From Candidatus Levyibacteriota bacterium (lineage in GTDB: Bacteria; Patescibacteriota; Microgenomatia; Levybacterales; UBA12049): a stretch of DNA of 64,000 bases. This document shows positions 50,288 through 60,823 of this stretch, in pieces. Below the pieces are notes generated by a model. It made no database searches. It saw only the letters and a list, made by a program, of their open reading frames with translations, and was not told where the DNA came from. The stretch spans positions 7,050-71,049 of the forward strand of contig DAIDHK010000004.1 of NCBI GenBank assembly GCA_027459725.1. The letters run 5' to 3'. Each line of letters begins with the position of its first letter. Within the stretch, counting starts at the first letter, position 1. Both the position numbers and the translations under genes were made by a program.

Positions 50288-51469
50288 ATGTCAAATGTTA
50301 TAATAAGTTGCATGAAGAAACTTCTGATTACACTCTTTTTTTTAATTATTTGTATCACTTTCTCTCCAAAGCCAGTATTCGCAATCGAGAATCCCCTAGC
50401 CGTTCCCAATAATAAAATCGGAATCCACATTCTCTTTCCCTCTGAAGTCGATAACGCTGCGGGATTGGTAAACAGCAATGGTGGTGACTGGGGATATGTT
50501 ACTATTCCTATTCAGTCAGATGACAAAGATCTGGTAAAGTGGCAAAATTTTATGGATGAGTGTAAGAAAGACCATATAATTCCGATTATTAGGCTGGCTA
50601 CTACTGGAGATTATTTTAATACACAAGATTGGAGTAAACCTAACTATAACGATATTATAGATTTTGCCAACTTTCTCAACTCGCTCAACTGGCCCACCCG
50701 CAACAGATACGTAATTATCTATAACGAAGTAAACCGGGCAGATGAATGGGGAGGCTCTGTTGATCCTGCAGGCTATGCTCAACTACTGGAATATGCAATT
50801 AAAGAGTTTAAATTCGTAAATCCAGATTTTTTTATCATCAGTGCGGGCATGGACAATGCAGCTCCTACCCAGGGTAATCAATATATGAACGAATACCAGT
50901 ATTATGAGGCTATGGCTCAAGCAGTCCCCAATATCTTTTCAGAGATAGACGGATTTTCAAGCCATTCATACCCCAATCCTGGCTTTATTCAACCCCCAAC
51001 TGTAGATACTCCCGAAAGCATATACAGTTATAAATATGAACAAAATTTACTTCAGCAACTTGGAGGTAAAAAATTACCTGTCTTTATCACAGAAACCGGT
51101 TGGGAAGATGATATTGTAAGCGACAATACAATTGTAAATTATTATCAACAAGCCTTTAATAATGCATGGAACGATCCTAGTATAGTAGCTATCACTCCGT
51201 TTTTACTTAATGCAGCCGCAGGACCTTTTCAACCTTTCTCTCTGATGAAGCCTGATGGAAGTCAAACAGAGGAATACAAATTTATTAAAAACCTACCCAA
51301 AACAAAAGGACAACCCGTGTTGAATAGCACACAGGTCTTAGCCGCGGCTACAACGAAAACTTTCAATCCCCCTACAAAATATTTCCCACCTCTTAAAAAC
51401 ACCTATCAACCAAAATTTATTTTGCCTGCATCGGTAAAAGCCTTGCTAAAATGGCTCTTAAAGGTTTAA
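50288..51469 (+). CDS. Secreted clan GH-A glycoside hydrolase (GH5-like)
   Basis: Signal peptide. Catalytic acid IIYNEVNRADEW (NEV) and nucleophile FITETGW. Confidence 0.55.
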   Translation: MSNVIISCMKKLLITLFFLIICITFSPKPVFAIENPLAVPNNKIGIHILFPSEVDNAAGLVNSNGGDWGYVTIPIQSDDKDLVKWQNFMDECKKDHIIPIIRLATTGDYFNTQDWSKPNYNDIIDFANFLNSLNWPTRNRYVIIYNEVNRADEWGGSVDPAGYAQLLEYAIKEFKFVNPDFFIISAGMDNAAPTQGNQYMNEYQYYEAMAQAVPNIFSEIDGFSSHSYPNPGFIQPPTVDTPESIYSYKYEQNLLQQLGGKKLPVFITETGWEDDIVSDNTIVNYYQQAFNNAWNDPSIVAITPFLLNAAAGPFQPFSLMKPDGSQTEEYKFIKNLPKTKGQPVLNSTQVLAAATTKTFNPPTKYFPPLKNTYQPKFILPASVKALLKWLLKV

Positions 51470-51555
51470 TATCATATCTTAAATGCAAAAACATTATTAT
51501 TTATTTTTAAATGTAAGTATTTTTATAATTCAAATAATAGTTAATAAGATATTAT

Positions 51556-51939
51556 ATGGAATGGGAAAACGCTGAAGATATTAAATATAAGCTGGAGAAT
51601 ATCCTAAAAATCCTTGATTTTAAGCATATTAATCTAAATCGTGTATTTTGTTACCGCACTTATGGATCAAAATCACGCGCATATGCCAGAACCTGGGCAT
51701 TCCCTAAAGTATTTCAACAGGCGTTAAATATCGAGGCAGCATATGTAATTGAAGTACTTTCTCAATATTTTGATCGTCTTGATGAAGATAAAAAAACTAA
51801 AGTTCTTATCCACGAACTTTTACATATACCCAAAAACTTTTCTGGAGCCCTAGTGCCTCATAGAACCAGGCATCAAAACATCGGTCAAGCAGTAAGCAAA
51901 CTATACAAAGAATACAAACGTAAAACAAAGGAGATATAA
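51556..51939 (+). CDS. Small putative zinc metallopeptidase (HExxH)
   Basis: LIHELLHIP HExxH motif, 127 aa. Confidence 0.35.
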   Translation: MEWENAEDIKYKLENILKILDFKHINLNRVFCYRTYGSKSRAYARTWAFPKVFQQALNIEAAYVIEVLSQYFDRLDEDKKTKVLIHELLHIPKNFSGALVPHRTRHQNIGQAVSKLYKEYKRKTKEI

Positions 51940-51978
51940 GACCTAAATTATATTTAATAATAATCAATTGTATTTTAT

Positions 51979-52665
51979 ATGTTAACAATTATTCATGGAG
52001 ATAATTTAAAAGATTCACGCAACTTTTATTTACAGCTCAAAGAAAAAGTTATTGACTCAATCACTTTGCAAGGAGATAAGATAAACATTACAGACTTAAC
52101 AGAAGCTGTAGAAGGTAATGGACTGTTCGTTGAGAATAAAGACGTGTTCATAGAGAATTTATTTAGTAAACGCAAGATCGGAAAAGAATTAGAGGCTTTA
52201 ATAGAATTTTTAAAAAACCATTTAAAAAGTAACATTGTATTATGGGAACAAAAACAACTCACCAAGCCACAACAAAAAAAGTTAGTAGGAGCACTAATGA
52301 AAGAATATTCTTACCCTCAGACTCTCTTTCAACTCTTGGATGAATTAGTTCCACTCAATAGTAAAAAAGTAATTTCACTTTATCACCAAACATTACTACA
52401 CGTCGAACCAGAAATTATTTTATTCATGATTACAAAACAAGTTCGTCTTCTCTTAGCGCTAAAAGAGAGTTCAGATAGTAATATATCAGAATTAAATGTT
52501 ATGCAGTGGCAGAAACCCAAGCTTTTAAGACAAAGTAAGCTATTTAACAAAGAACACTTATTATCCATGCATGAACAACTGTTTAATTTTGACTGGCAAT
52601 ATAAGACCGGCAATCTTACACAACCCTTACCTGATACACTTGACTTTTTTTTAGCTGAGATTTAA
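51979..52665 (+). CDS. Possible DNA polymerase III delta subunit (HolA-like), short
   Basis: N-terminal MLTIIHGDN...YLQLKEKV is delta-like. Low-complexity helical C-terminus. Weak call. Confidence 0.3.
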   Translation: MLTIIHGDNLKDSRNFYLQLKEKVIDSITLQGDKINITDLTEAVEGNGLFVENKDVFIENLFSKRKIGKELEALIEFLKNHLKSNIVLWEQKQLTKPQQKKLVGALMKEYSYPQTLFQLLDELVPLNSKKVISLYHQTLLHVEPEIILFMITKQVRLLLALKESSDSNISELNVMQWQKPKLLRQSKLFNKEHLLSMHEQLFNFDWQYKTGNLTQPLPDTLDFFLAEI

Positions 52666-52669
52666 TATT

Positions 52670-54034
52670 TTGGGTATGGTTATTAACCCATCTATATTTA
52701 AATCATATGATATCCGTGGAGTATATCCGAAAGATTTTAATGAGGAGATCGCATACCAGGTAGCACAAGCGTATGTTATTTTATATTCTCCTAAAGTTGT
52801 TGTTTTGGGTAGAGACGTACGGGAATCAGGTGATTCGCTTTTTAAATCAGCGTTAAATGGATTTTTAGATGCAGGTGTAAACGTTATAGACATTGGCGTT
52901 GTTTCCACTGATGTTTTTTACTTTGCAGTTGGTGAACTTCCTGTTGATGGAGGTATAACCATATCTGCCTCACATAATCCCAGAGAGTGGAATGGAATGA
53001 ATATTTGTAAAAAAGGCGCAGAACCTATATCATCGCAAACGGGTCTATTTGATATCAGAGATCTTATAAATAAAGGCTTTGAGCCCATAAAGTCTTCAAC
53101 CAAAGGTTCTGTTGAAAATAAAGACATGCTAGACGATTTTTTGCAAAGTGTAGTTAAATTTGTAAACAGATCTCAGTTGAAACCGTTAAAGATTGTTGCC
53201 AATGCAAATTTCGGGGTTGATGTTATTATGCTTCAAAGAGCTGTAGAACTTTTTAACCTACCTTTGACAATAGTACCCCTTAATGAAAAACCTGATGGTA
53301 CTTTTCCTAAAGGGCCACCTAATCCTCTACTACCTGATAACAGAAAAGAGTTACTGGCTTTGATAGCTAAAGAGAATGCTGATATGGGAGTCTCCTGGGA
53401 CGCAGATGGAGACAGATGTTTTTTTGCAGATGAAAAAGGTAAATTTATTGAGGGCTATTTTATTACAGCGGTTCTGGCTGTAGAATTGTTAAAGAAAAAC
53501 CCTGGTGCTACAGTAATTATCGATCCACGTCTTACTTGGGCAACTACGGAAGCTATTACAAACGCTGGGGGAACACCATTTATCAGTAAACCCGGAATGA
53601 CAATTATTGCTGACAATATGAAGAAACAGGATGCAATTTTTGGCGGTGAAATGTCTTCTCATTTTTATTTCAAAGAAAATTATGGGCGTGATAATGGGAT
53701 GGTGCCATTCTTCTTAATTTGGGAAATGATGTCCAAATATCATAAAAAAATGTCAGAATTAGTTGAACCATATACTTCAAAATATTTTATATCCGGAGAA
53801 CTTAATTTTGAAACAGAAAATAAAGATAAGATCATTGATACGATCAAGAAAAAATATAGTGATGGAAAACAGGATTTTATAGATGGTTTGTCAGTCGAAT
53901 ATGATCAATGGAGATTTAATTTACGTAAATCCAATACTGAACCATTACTGCGTATTAATGTTGAAGCCAGATCAGAAGATGTTGTCCATCAAAAAACCAG
54001 AGAGCTTGTAGATCTAGTAAAATCATTAGCTTAA
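52670..54034 (+). CDS. Phosphomannomutase/phosphoglucomutase family
   Basis: ITISASHNPREWNGM active-site Ser motif. Mg-binding DADGDR. Confidence 0.85.
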   Translation: MGMVINPSIFKSYDIRGVYPKDFNEEIAYQVAQAYVILYSPKVVVLGRDVRESGDSLFKSALNGFLDAGVNVIDIGVVSTDVFYFAVGELPVDGGITISASHNPREWNGMNICKKGAEPISSQTGLFDIRDLINKGFEPIKSSTKGSVENKDMLDDFLQSVVKFVNRSQLKPLKIVANANFGVDVIMLQRAVELFNLPLTIVPLNEKPDGTFPKGPPNPLLPDNRKELLALIAKENADMGVSWDADGDRCFFADEKGKFIEGYFITAVLAVELLKKNPGATVIIDPRLTWATTEAITNAGGTPFISKPGMTIIADNMKKQDAIFGGEMSSHFYFKENYGRDNGMVPFFLIWEMMSKYHKKMSELVEPYTSKYFISGELNFETENKDKIIDTIKKKYSDGKQDFIDGLSVEYDQWRFNLRKSNTEPLLRINVEARSEDVVHQKTRELVDLVKSLA

Positions 54035-54167
54035 CTAAGTAGAATTCATTTTTTTATTAGTATATTTTAATATATATTTTCATGATATTACTCCAGATAA
54101 GATCGCTACTTTCTTTAGTCATACATCAGGAATAATAACTATTATATATAGTAAGCCTAAAATATAC

Positions 54168-54650
54168 TTGAAAACTACTATTAATAAGAGTAAAGTAAAA
54201 ATATTAAATTTTATGTTTGATTTAAATAAGATTGATAAGACTAACTTTTCAAACGACTCCTATATACGAAAAGTTGACAAGCCTTGGGGTTATGAGCTAC
54301 ATTGGGTTCCTGAAAATGTCCCTTACATGGGTAAAATTATTCATATATATAAAGGAAGACGATTAAGCTTGCAGGTACATGATAAAAAACAAGAGAGTTG
54401 GTTAATTATGCATGGACAAGCGAAAGTCGTTTGGGAAAACTCCAAGGGTGAGTTAATTGAAACTGAACTCCAACCAGCAGTTGGATACACTTGTTCTCTA
54501 GGACAAAAGCACCGTTTAGTAGGCATAACTGATTGTGATGTAATAGAAGTGTCTACTCCTGAAATTGGCACTACTTTTCGTTTAGAGGATGACTACAAAC
54601 GTCCGGATGAAACAGAAGAACAACGAAAAAAAGAAAGACATGAGATATGA
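54168..54650 (+). CDS. Cupin-domain protein (mannose-6-phosphate isomerase type II / ManC C-terminal-like)
   Basis: KPWGYELHW...LSLQVHDKKQESWLIMHGQAKV...GQKHRLVG cupin motifs. Confidence 0.6.
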   Translation: MKTTINKSKVKILNFMFDLNKIDKTNFSNDSYIRKVDKPWGYELHWVPENVPYMGKIIHIYKGRRLSLQVHDKKQESWLIMHGQAKVVWENSKGELIETELQPAVGYTCSLGQKHRLVGITDCDVIEVSTPEIGTTFRLEDDYKRPDETEEQRKKERHEI

Positions 54651-54683
54651 AAATCAAATCTATTAATTTTACTTTAGATATTT

Positions 54684-55157
54684 TTATCTACTAATACTAA
54701 TAACATCTCCCTGAACTTCCGGTGTTGCTGAAACAGTAACTCTATTACCAGCTGATACTGAGACTGTATATCCTGTGTCGTAGTTTGTACATGTTGTAAT
54801 GTCTTTACCGTTATTTATTGAAGGATCTTCAGGCAGAGATGCTAAATACTTTGGCACAAGACTGGTACAAATATCAGCTCCTGTATTTGAGATCTCAGTA
54901 GCAGTCATATTAGTAGTCATTCCAGGAGGAAGTGCCCCATTATTATCTTCCTGATATTGACCAATGGCTGCGAATATCTCATTAATATCGTTTTGTCTTT
55001 TATTGTCATTTGCCATTTCAAATTGTCTAAGAGGATTAACTGCCACCAAAACAATACCAGTCAATATTGCAAAGATTCCTATAACAATTGATAGCTCAAT
55101 AATTGTAAAGCCTTTATCTACTCGTATTCCTGAAATATTAATAGTTAGAAATGACAT
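54684..55157 (-). CDS. Type IV pilin-like protein
   Basis: Prepilin N-terminus KGFTIIELSIVIGIFAIL. Confidence 0.6.
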   Translation of the reverse strand: MSFLTINISGIRVDKGFTIIELSIVIGIFAILTGIVLVAVNPLRQFEMANDNKRQNDINEIFAAIGQYQEDNNGALPPGMTTNMTATEISNTGADICTSLVPKYLASLPEDPSINNGKDITTCTNYDTGYTVSVSAGNRVTVSATPEVQGDVISISR

Positions 55158-55196
55158 CTGTATTACTTATTTTTTTAATACCGAATATTTTAAAAA

Positions 55197-56384
55197 TTAC
55201 TGCAATAATACCAATACATTGACAGATAATTGACTATTTGACTCCAAAATAACATTTGGCTCTACCTGCTGAATTTGTGATAAAATCCTTTGCCGCGAAG
55301 CTGCTGAAAGCTTATCATCAACCAAGACAAGATTTTGCTTATTGGAAGAACTGCTGATTTGCTGGCTGTTTACGTTTCTAATCCCGAAATTGCTCAAATT
55401 TGTTACAATTTGAGCTGCTTGTGAAGCATAATTAGTTGTATACTGTACTGAAACGGTTAATGCTTGTTCTTGCGCTGTTGCCGTAAATGCAGTGGCTGGT
55501 TGGCCGGATGGCAAAGCAGTTTGAGGAGTAACTGTCGCGCTGATATTGTTTGCTTGCAGTTCTTGCTTTAATTTAGCCTGGGCCCTTGCCTTTGCTAATG
55601 TATCACTTCTATTATTCTGGATCGTCTGTTGAACAACTATAAAGACAAAAACCAGTATTAATACAAAGAATACTCCTAACATAGCGTACATTCGTATTTT
55701 ATTTGGTTTAGAAGACTTTTGGACATCGCTTGATTGACGATCTGCTTCTTCCCTAGTATTGTCTAAATGACTTTTGGATTCGCTTGTCTTTACTGGGACT
55801 TCAATATAATCATGGTCAAGAGGCATTGTCCACATTCGAATGCTATTCAGCTTTTCAATCAGCAACCTCGCATATTCTTTAGAAAGTCCTTTTTCCAAAT
55901 TGAACTCTTTACCTAATAAAAAAGTTGGTACACACACCTCAATCTGACTACTAACTTTAAACGCATGCGTGAATACATCAATAAAATCTTGATTAGTAGC
56001 TGCCACAATTATCTTCCTGTCCAATCTATAAACTTTACTAAGTACATGTTCAAAAGGTACCATGTCAAGAAAAAGTTTTACTTCTTCAGCTTCCGAAGAA
56101 TCTGGCGCAATTAGGTTAATTTCTTTACAAAATAACATTCTGTCTGAAAGAATCAAAAGAATAGAAGAAGGAGGCAACTTATAATTTGTAATAAAACTTG
56201 TTAGCTGTCCTATCAATTTATCTATAGATAATACATCCATATGCCCTACTGTATCAGTAGTAAATGTAAATCTTAGAGGTGTTTGAAAATGTAAGGCATA
56301 GTAGTCAAAATACTGTGTGTCCAGATATATTACGGCAAAAGTTTTGTTTTCCGGCATACTATAATTCCTTCCAGGAAGATACAC
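55197..56384 (-). CDS. Type IV pilus assembly protein, PilM/PilN-like (cytoplasmic domain, TM, Q/A/T-rich periplasmic region)
   Basis: Domain organisation and position in the pilus operon. The sequence motif is weak. Confidence 0.35.
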   Translation of the reverse strand: MYLPGRNYSMPENKTFAVIYLDTQYFDYYALHFQTPLRFTFTTDTVGHMDVLSIDKLIGQLTSFITNYKLPPSSILLILSDRMLFCKEINLIAPDSSEAEEVKLFLDMVPFEHVLSKVYRLDRKIIVAATNQDFIDVFTHAFKVSSQIEVCVPTFLLGKEFNLEKGLSKEYARLLIEKLNSIRMWTMPLDHDYIEVPVKTSESKSHLDNTREEADRQSSDVQKSSKPNKIRMYAMLGVFFVLILVFVFIVVQQTIQNNRSDTLAKARAQAKLKQELQANNISATVTPQTALPSGQPATAFTATAQEQALTVSVQYTTNYASQAAQIVTNLSNFGIRNVNSQQISSSSNKQNLVLVDDKLSAASRQRILSQIQQVEPNVILESNSQLSVNVLVLLQ

Positions 56385-56739
56385 TCATAACATCATTCGT
56401 ATCGTTAGCTACAACCTGAATAGTACTATGAAATGAATCAAGAGTAGCGGTAGATGTAATCGTGTATACCCCTCCATTACTTGTCACTTGTACTATGGTT
56501 GATCCACCATTTAGTGACATCACCTCTCCAGTATAACTTGGATCTCTTAACAATCGCAACAATGCATTTTCAGCTCCTGTCTCAGCAATAGCCTTGCAGG
56601 CACCTGCTTGGGAAATTTGAGTAACATTTCTCGAATTCAACAAAATCACAATGATTGCGCCACTGGTTATGGTTACTGAAATAATAACAAAAAGTAATAA
56701 TGTAACCAATGCCTGTCCATTTTGTCTAATATTTTTCAT
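56359..56739 (-). CDS. Pseudopilin / minor pilin
   Basis: N-terminal GQALVTLLLFVIISV hydrophobic helix. Confidence 0.45.
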   Translation of the reverse strand: MKNIRQNGQALVTLLLFVIISVTITSGAIIVILLNSRNVTQISQAGACKAIAETGAENALLRLLRDPSYTGEVMSLNGGSTIVQVTSNGGVYTITSTATLDSFHSTIQVVANDTNDVMSVSSWKEL

Positions 56740-56740
56740 A

Positions 56741-57262
56741 TCAACGTAAACTAACGGTTGTAGTAAAGTTCCTTAGTTCATAACCCGTATTCCTTTGTGT
56801 AGTGCTTTTAAGTTGAAAGCTCATTTGAATAGTATCTTTACCTGCTGGATTACCTATACGAGTAAAGGTAAGATTATTCAATGTAGTGTCTACACTATTT
56901 AACTGATTCGTACCATATGTATTGGTAACAATTAAATTGTCGTTAGAATCCAAAGAATAAGTATAGTCAGAACCTCCAATTTGGATGGTTAGATTATTAC
57001 TACCGCTGCCGTAACTGCTTGGAGCTATAACCGCTTGAGCTCGGGATATATCGTAACTTAACCTAGATAATATATATGCTCCATCCTGATCTACGCTTGA
57101 GGTAGCCTTGGATGTAAGCTGTGTATCTATCGCTGAAATAAAGATTTGCATCAGTACTATCATCAAAATGGAAAAAATCCCCATATATAACAGCATCTCG
57201 ACTAAAGTAAAACCTCTCTGACTTCTGAAAAAATTTTTTAACGCAAAAAATATCTTATTCAT
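56741..57262 (-). CDS. Pseudopilin / minor pilin
   Basis: RGFTLVEMLLYMGIFSILM prepilin cleavage/methylation motif. Confidence 0.65.
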   Translation of the reverse strand: MNKIFFALKNFFRSQRGFTLVEMLLYMGIFSILMIVLMQIFISAIDTQLTSKATSSVDQDGAYILSRLSYDISRAQAVIAPSSYGSGSNNLTIQIGGSDYTYSLDSNDNLIVTNTYGTNQLNSVDTTLNNLTFTRIGNPAGKDTIQMSFQLKSTTQRNTGYELRNFTTTVSLR

Positions 57263-59256
57263 AACGAGTAGTTAGTTGAAACATCATAGACAACGGGTAA
57301 TTGAGTTAAACTAGTCGTGGACAACCAAAGCTTATAACGATAACATTGACCTGGATTAACGTAATTTGCACCATACGCTCCTACGGGAATGGCAGCCATA
57401 ATAGCTGAGGATGAGGAGGTGAAGTATTGAGTTGGATCACCATTAGGACCCACGTAAGTAAAAGATGACACATTATTACAACTTCCATTTACCGGGTTAG
57501 CCACACCCACCTGCATTTTTATTTGTGTTGATGGAGGTTGACTAATATCAGCTAGTACGCTGTTAAATGCTGCCTGAGCGCTTGCATCGAATGTATTTGA
57601 TTCATATGTTCCAGAATCAGAATAAGAACCCCCTACACCTCCTTCAATAATCTTAAATTGGTTTTGACTTTCGCCTGAAATTATATAAGAATAGGCATAA
57701 CCGTTAGACTGAAGTACAGTTGATACCCCAAAAACTCCCTGTGAAATCGACATTCCTCCGCATAAGATAGGATTAGACTCATTGGATGTATCTATTACCT
57801 GATATTGCTGAGAACCGCCGTTTCCCACAAGAATTGCTCTGTTAGCCGCGGCAATGGCCATGCCATCAGGATCAGTAGCGCCTGAATTATAGGTGCCTAT
57901 GATATTATAAAAATTAGGAAAAAACTGAGACCACCAAGAACCCTGATCAGGATAGGATGTATCAACTATAAAGAATCCATCCGGGAATAACGAACCAAGA
58001 CCTGTACCCTTATCAAAAGCTATATAAGCTCTGGTTCCATCACTGTTTACTGCTAAGCCTTCCGATGACTGATTCCAGGTAAAATTTGAAACTCCAACTA
58101 AAGACAATGTGGCACCATTATTTATAATTTTAAACTTTTGCAATCCAAACAATGTGTTAGCCGTCCCAACAAAGGCATATCCATTTGAAACGACAACTTG
58201 CTTGGCTAAAGGATCCGGACTAAAAAAACTAAAATACATTTTTACTGAAGTCAATGGAGTAGTGTGAGAACCGGTCTTTGTCGTTACATCAAATGTATAA
58301 AGTTCATTTGAACTGGTAACGTAGGCTGTATTATTGTAGACGTAAACTCCATTCGCAGCTACTCCGCTGGGCACTGAAATAGTACCGATTACATTATAGG
58401 GTGTAGTAGAGGTATCTAATATCAAAACTTGCTGGGATGATCCATCAGTAGCTAAATAGACATACCTGCCATCAGAAAAAATATCATTTGTCTTATAACT
58501 GCTGGAGTATGTGCCAACAATAGATGCTGAAGGAGTAGCCGGAGGTAATGGTTGTGTAATACTAACGTTTACAAAAGTTACACCATTAGTACCATCACCT
58601 GTACCCAGATAGGCCTCTCCTGGAAGAGCCATAATAGTATTAGCCTGTTTGGGCATGGTCAAAGTATTGATTAGAGAATCTTGAGGCTTGCACCAATCTG
58701 CATTTCCCCCATTACCAAGGGTGACCTCACCTCCGCTAGTATCTGTTACTGCGGTACCCAGCAAAGTTCCTGCATTAAAATCACTTACAGTAGTATCGAC
58801 TTTGGCATAATTATTTAAATATCTTGTCAGATAAAAAGTCTCAGAACTAGAAGAAGGATATGGATAATTCCACGACACGGTTGCTGTAATTGATTTAGTT
58901 GATGGGTCTATTGTCCCTCCTGAAGTAACAATATTACCTGTACTATCGCGGTAAACGTCTCCTATCACAACCTGTTGTGTAAAACCGTTTGTTGTAATAG
59001 AACCAGAAGACAATGCCCAGGTTGTACCAGCATTTTTAATATTATATGTTCCGTCAGTAGCTATTGCGGACCAACTTCCCTCACGAATACTACGCATTTC
59101 CTCTTCCATAGCCTGTAGCATGGTATATGCCTGAATGCGTTGTTCATTTTGCGCTCTTCCACTACTGGAAGCATAGGATCCAACCAGTAAAGCCGGCAAC
59201 AAAATAGCCGCCAATCCAATTGTTACTAACAATTCTACCAGGGTTTGTCCTCTCAT
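57259..59256 (-). CDS. Large (665 aa) pilin-like protein, probable tip or minor pilin adhesin
   Basis: N-terminal RGQTLVELLVTIGLAAIL prepilin motif, then a long Ser/Thr/Gly/Asn-rich beta-type domain. Confidence 0.55.
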   Translation of the reverse strand: MRGQTLVELLVTIGLAAILLPALLVGSYASSSGRAQNEQRIQAYTMLQAMEEEMRSIREGSWSAIATDGTYNIKNAGTTWALSSGSITTNGFTQQVVIGDVYRDSTGNIVTSGGTIDPSTKSITATVSWNYPYPSSSSETFYLTRYLNNYAKVDTTVSDFNAGTLLGTAVTDTSGGEVTLGNGGNADWCKPQDSLINTLTMPKQANTIMALPGEAYLGTGDGTNGVTFVNVSITQPLPPATPSASIVGTYSSSYKTNDIFSDGRYVYLATDGSSQQVLILDTSTTPYNVIGTISVPSGVAANGVYVYNNTAYVTSSNELYTFDVTTKTGSHTTPLTSVKMYFSFFSPDPLAKQVVVSNGYAFVGTANTLFGLQKFKIINNGATLSLVGVSNFTWNQSSEGLAVNSDGTRAYIAFDKGTGLGSLFPDGFFIVDTSYPDQGSWWSQFFPNFYNIIGTYNSGATDPDGMAIAAANRAILVGNGGSQQYQVIDTSNESNPILCGGMSISQGVFGVSTVLQSNGYAYSYIISGESQNQFKIIEGGVGGSYSDSGTYESNTFDASAQAAFNSVLADISQPPSTQIKMQVGVANPVNGSCNNVSSFTYVGPNGDPTQYFTSSSSAIMAAIPVGAYGANYVNPGQCYRYKLWLSTTSLTQLPVVYDVSTNYSL

Positions 59257-59259
59257 ATT

Positions 59260-59754
59260 TCAGTCACTCGTAATTACGCCTAAATAATTAAACTGCAAAA
59301 CTTTTTGCTCTTTGCCAACTGTATCAAACAAAGTCACTGAATTAGTCGAATTACTGTAACCAGATACCTCTCCATTTACAGGAATAAATATTAAGTCATC
59401 CTTATTAACTCCAGGTAAGGAAATGTTTGTAAACTGAAATTCAGGATCTAAATTAATTGTTTGATTATTAGGGTCAGATGGGTTATAGGTCGATCCGCTA
59501 AACAAAGTATAAGAGTTTGTGTCAAAATGGATTCCATAATAATTCGGCCCAGTTCCCAAACTATTTTCTCCAGCCATCGCCTCACTTTGCTGATTCTTAA
59601 TATCAGCTACCAGTGTTGACATGGCAGTTGAAAGACTTGCATTATGCTGTGCACCAATTAAATTTGTAGTAACAAAAGCAGAAATTGTTATAAATAGAAC
59701 TGCTACTACTACGAGTTCAATTATAGTAAATCCTTTTTGAGTATTTCTTGTCAT
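59260..59754 (-). CDS. Type IV pilin (candidate major pilin)
   Basis: QKGFTIIELVVVAVLFI prepilin motif. Confidence 0.7.
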   Translation of the reverse strand: MTRNTQKGFTIIELVVVAVLFITISAFVTTNLIGAQHNASLSTAMSTLVADIKNQQSEAMAGENSLGTGPNYYGIHFDTNSYTLFSGSTYNPSDPNNQTINLDPEFQFTNISLPGVNKDDLIFIPVNGEVSGYSNSTNSVTLFDTVGKEQKVLQFNYLGVITSD

Positions 59755-59767
59755 AAAAAGTTAAGGA

Positions 59768-60823
59768 TTAGTGCGGGTTACTGATCTGACTGATCATTCC
59801 GTACATAGGCGCTATGATAGCCAACATCATCCCGCCAATCAAAATACCCACTACTACCAGCATAACAGGCTCAATCAGAGCAGTTACGGTTTTCAATGTT
59901 TGTGCTACTTGATAATCCAGATATACTGACGCATCTTGCATGGATGTATCCAGCGAACCACTCTTTTCTCCTGCTTCTGTAATTTTAATAATCATACTGG
60001 GAAAAATATTTTTATAAGCTTTAAATCCTTCAGACAGACTTTTTCCGGCCAGAACCACCTGCCTTGAATGTTCAATCGCCTCAGCTACTTCCTTCTTATT
60101 AACAACAGAACCAGCTAGTGCCAAAGCGCTTCCAATCGGCAATCCAGAATTAAGCAGCAAATATAGACTACGCGTAAATCTTGCTATATCAATATCCTTA
60201 CCTAATTTGGAAATATAAGGTAAGCTTAAAAGCATTCTTATAAGAAATTTCTTGTGCTTTCTAATCATATATAGTATAAAAGCTGATATTAAAATAGCAA
60301 AAGAAATAGCCTCAATTGTATTTTTAATTAAAAAATTGGAAGCAACAATCATCATCTGAGTTGGCAAAGGAAGGGTAGTACCTAAACTGGAAAAAACTGT
60401 GGATATTTTAGGAATAACTACAATTAATATTACTATCATTACACTGAAAAAGACAAAAAGAATAAACACTGGATAAATCATGGCACCTCTTATCTGATCG
60501 TTAAACTCCATCTGTTTTTGAATGTTTATTTTTAAATCTTCTAAAGACACATCTAATGTTCCAGCCTCTTCACTAGCTCTAATCAAGTTAATGGTCACAT
60601 TATCAAATATTTTGGGGAATCTTGAGAATGAAGTATAAATTCTTTTACCTTGCATCAAGTCCGCCCTCAGAGTTTCAAGAACTATTTTTAATTGTCCTTT
60701 TGAATCTTCCAATAATGAATCAATAACTTCGATAATCGGTATACCAGCCCGCAACATAGTAGCCATGTTGCTAATCAAATTTATTTCTTCATTTGTTGAT
60801 ATTGATAAGTTTGCTAGTTTCAT
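59768..60823 (-). CDS. pilC: Type IV pilus platform protein PilC (GspF family)
   Basis: Two GspF repeats. Conserved ITEAGEKSGSLD. Confidence 0.85.
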   Translation of the reverse strand: MKLANLSISTNEEINLISNMATMLRAGIPIIEVIDSLLEDSKGQLKIVLETLRADLMQGKRIYTSFSRFPKIFDNVTINLIRASEEAGTLDVSLEDLKINIQKQMEFNDQIRGAMIYPVFILFVFFSVMIVILIVVIPKISTVFSSLGTTLPLPTQMMIVASNFLIKNTIEAISFAILISAFILYMIRKHKKFLIRMLLSLPYISKLGKDIDIARFTRSLYLLLNSGLPIGSALALAGSVVNKKEVAEAIEHSRQVVLAGKSLSEGFKAYKNIFPSMIIKITEAGEKSGSLDTSMQDASVYLDYQVAQTLKTVTALIEPVMLVVVGILIGGMMLAIIAPMYGMISQISNPH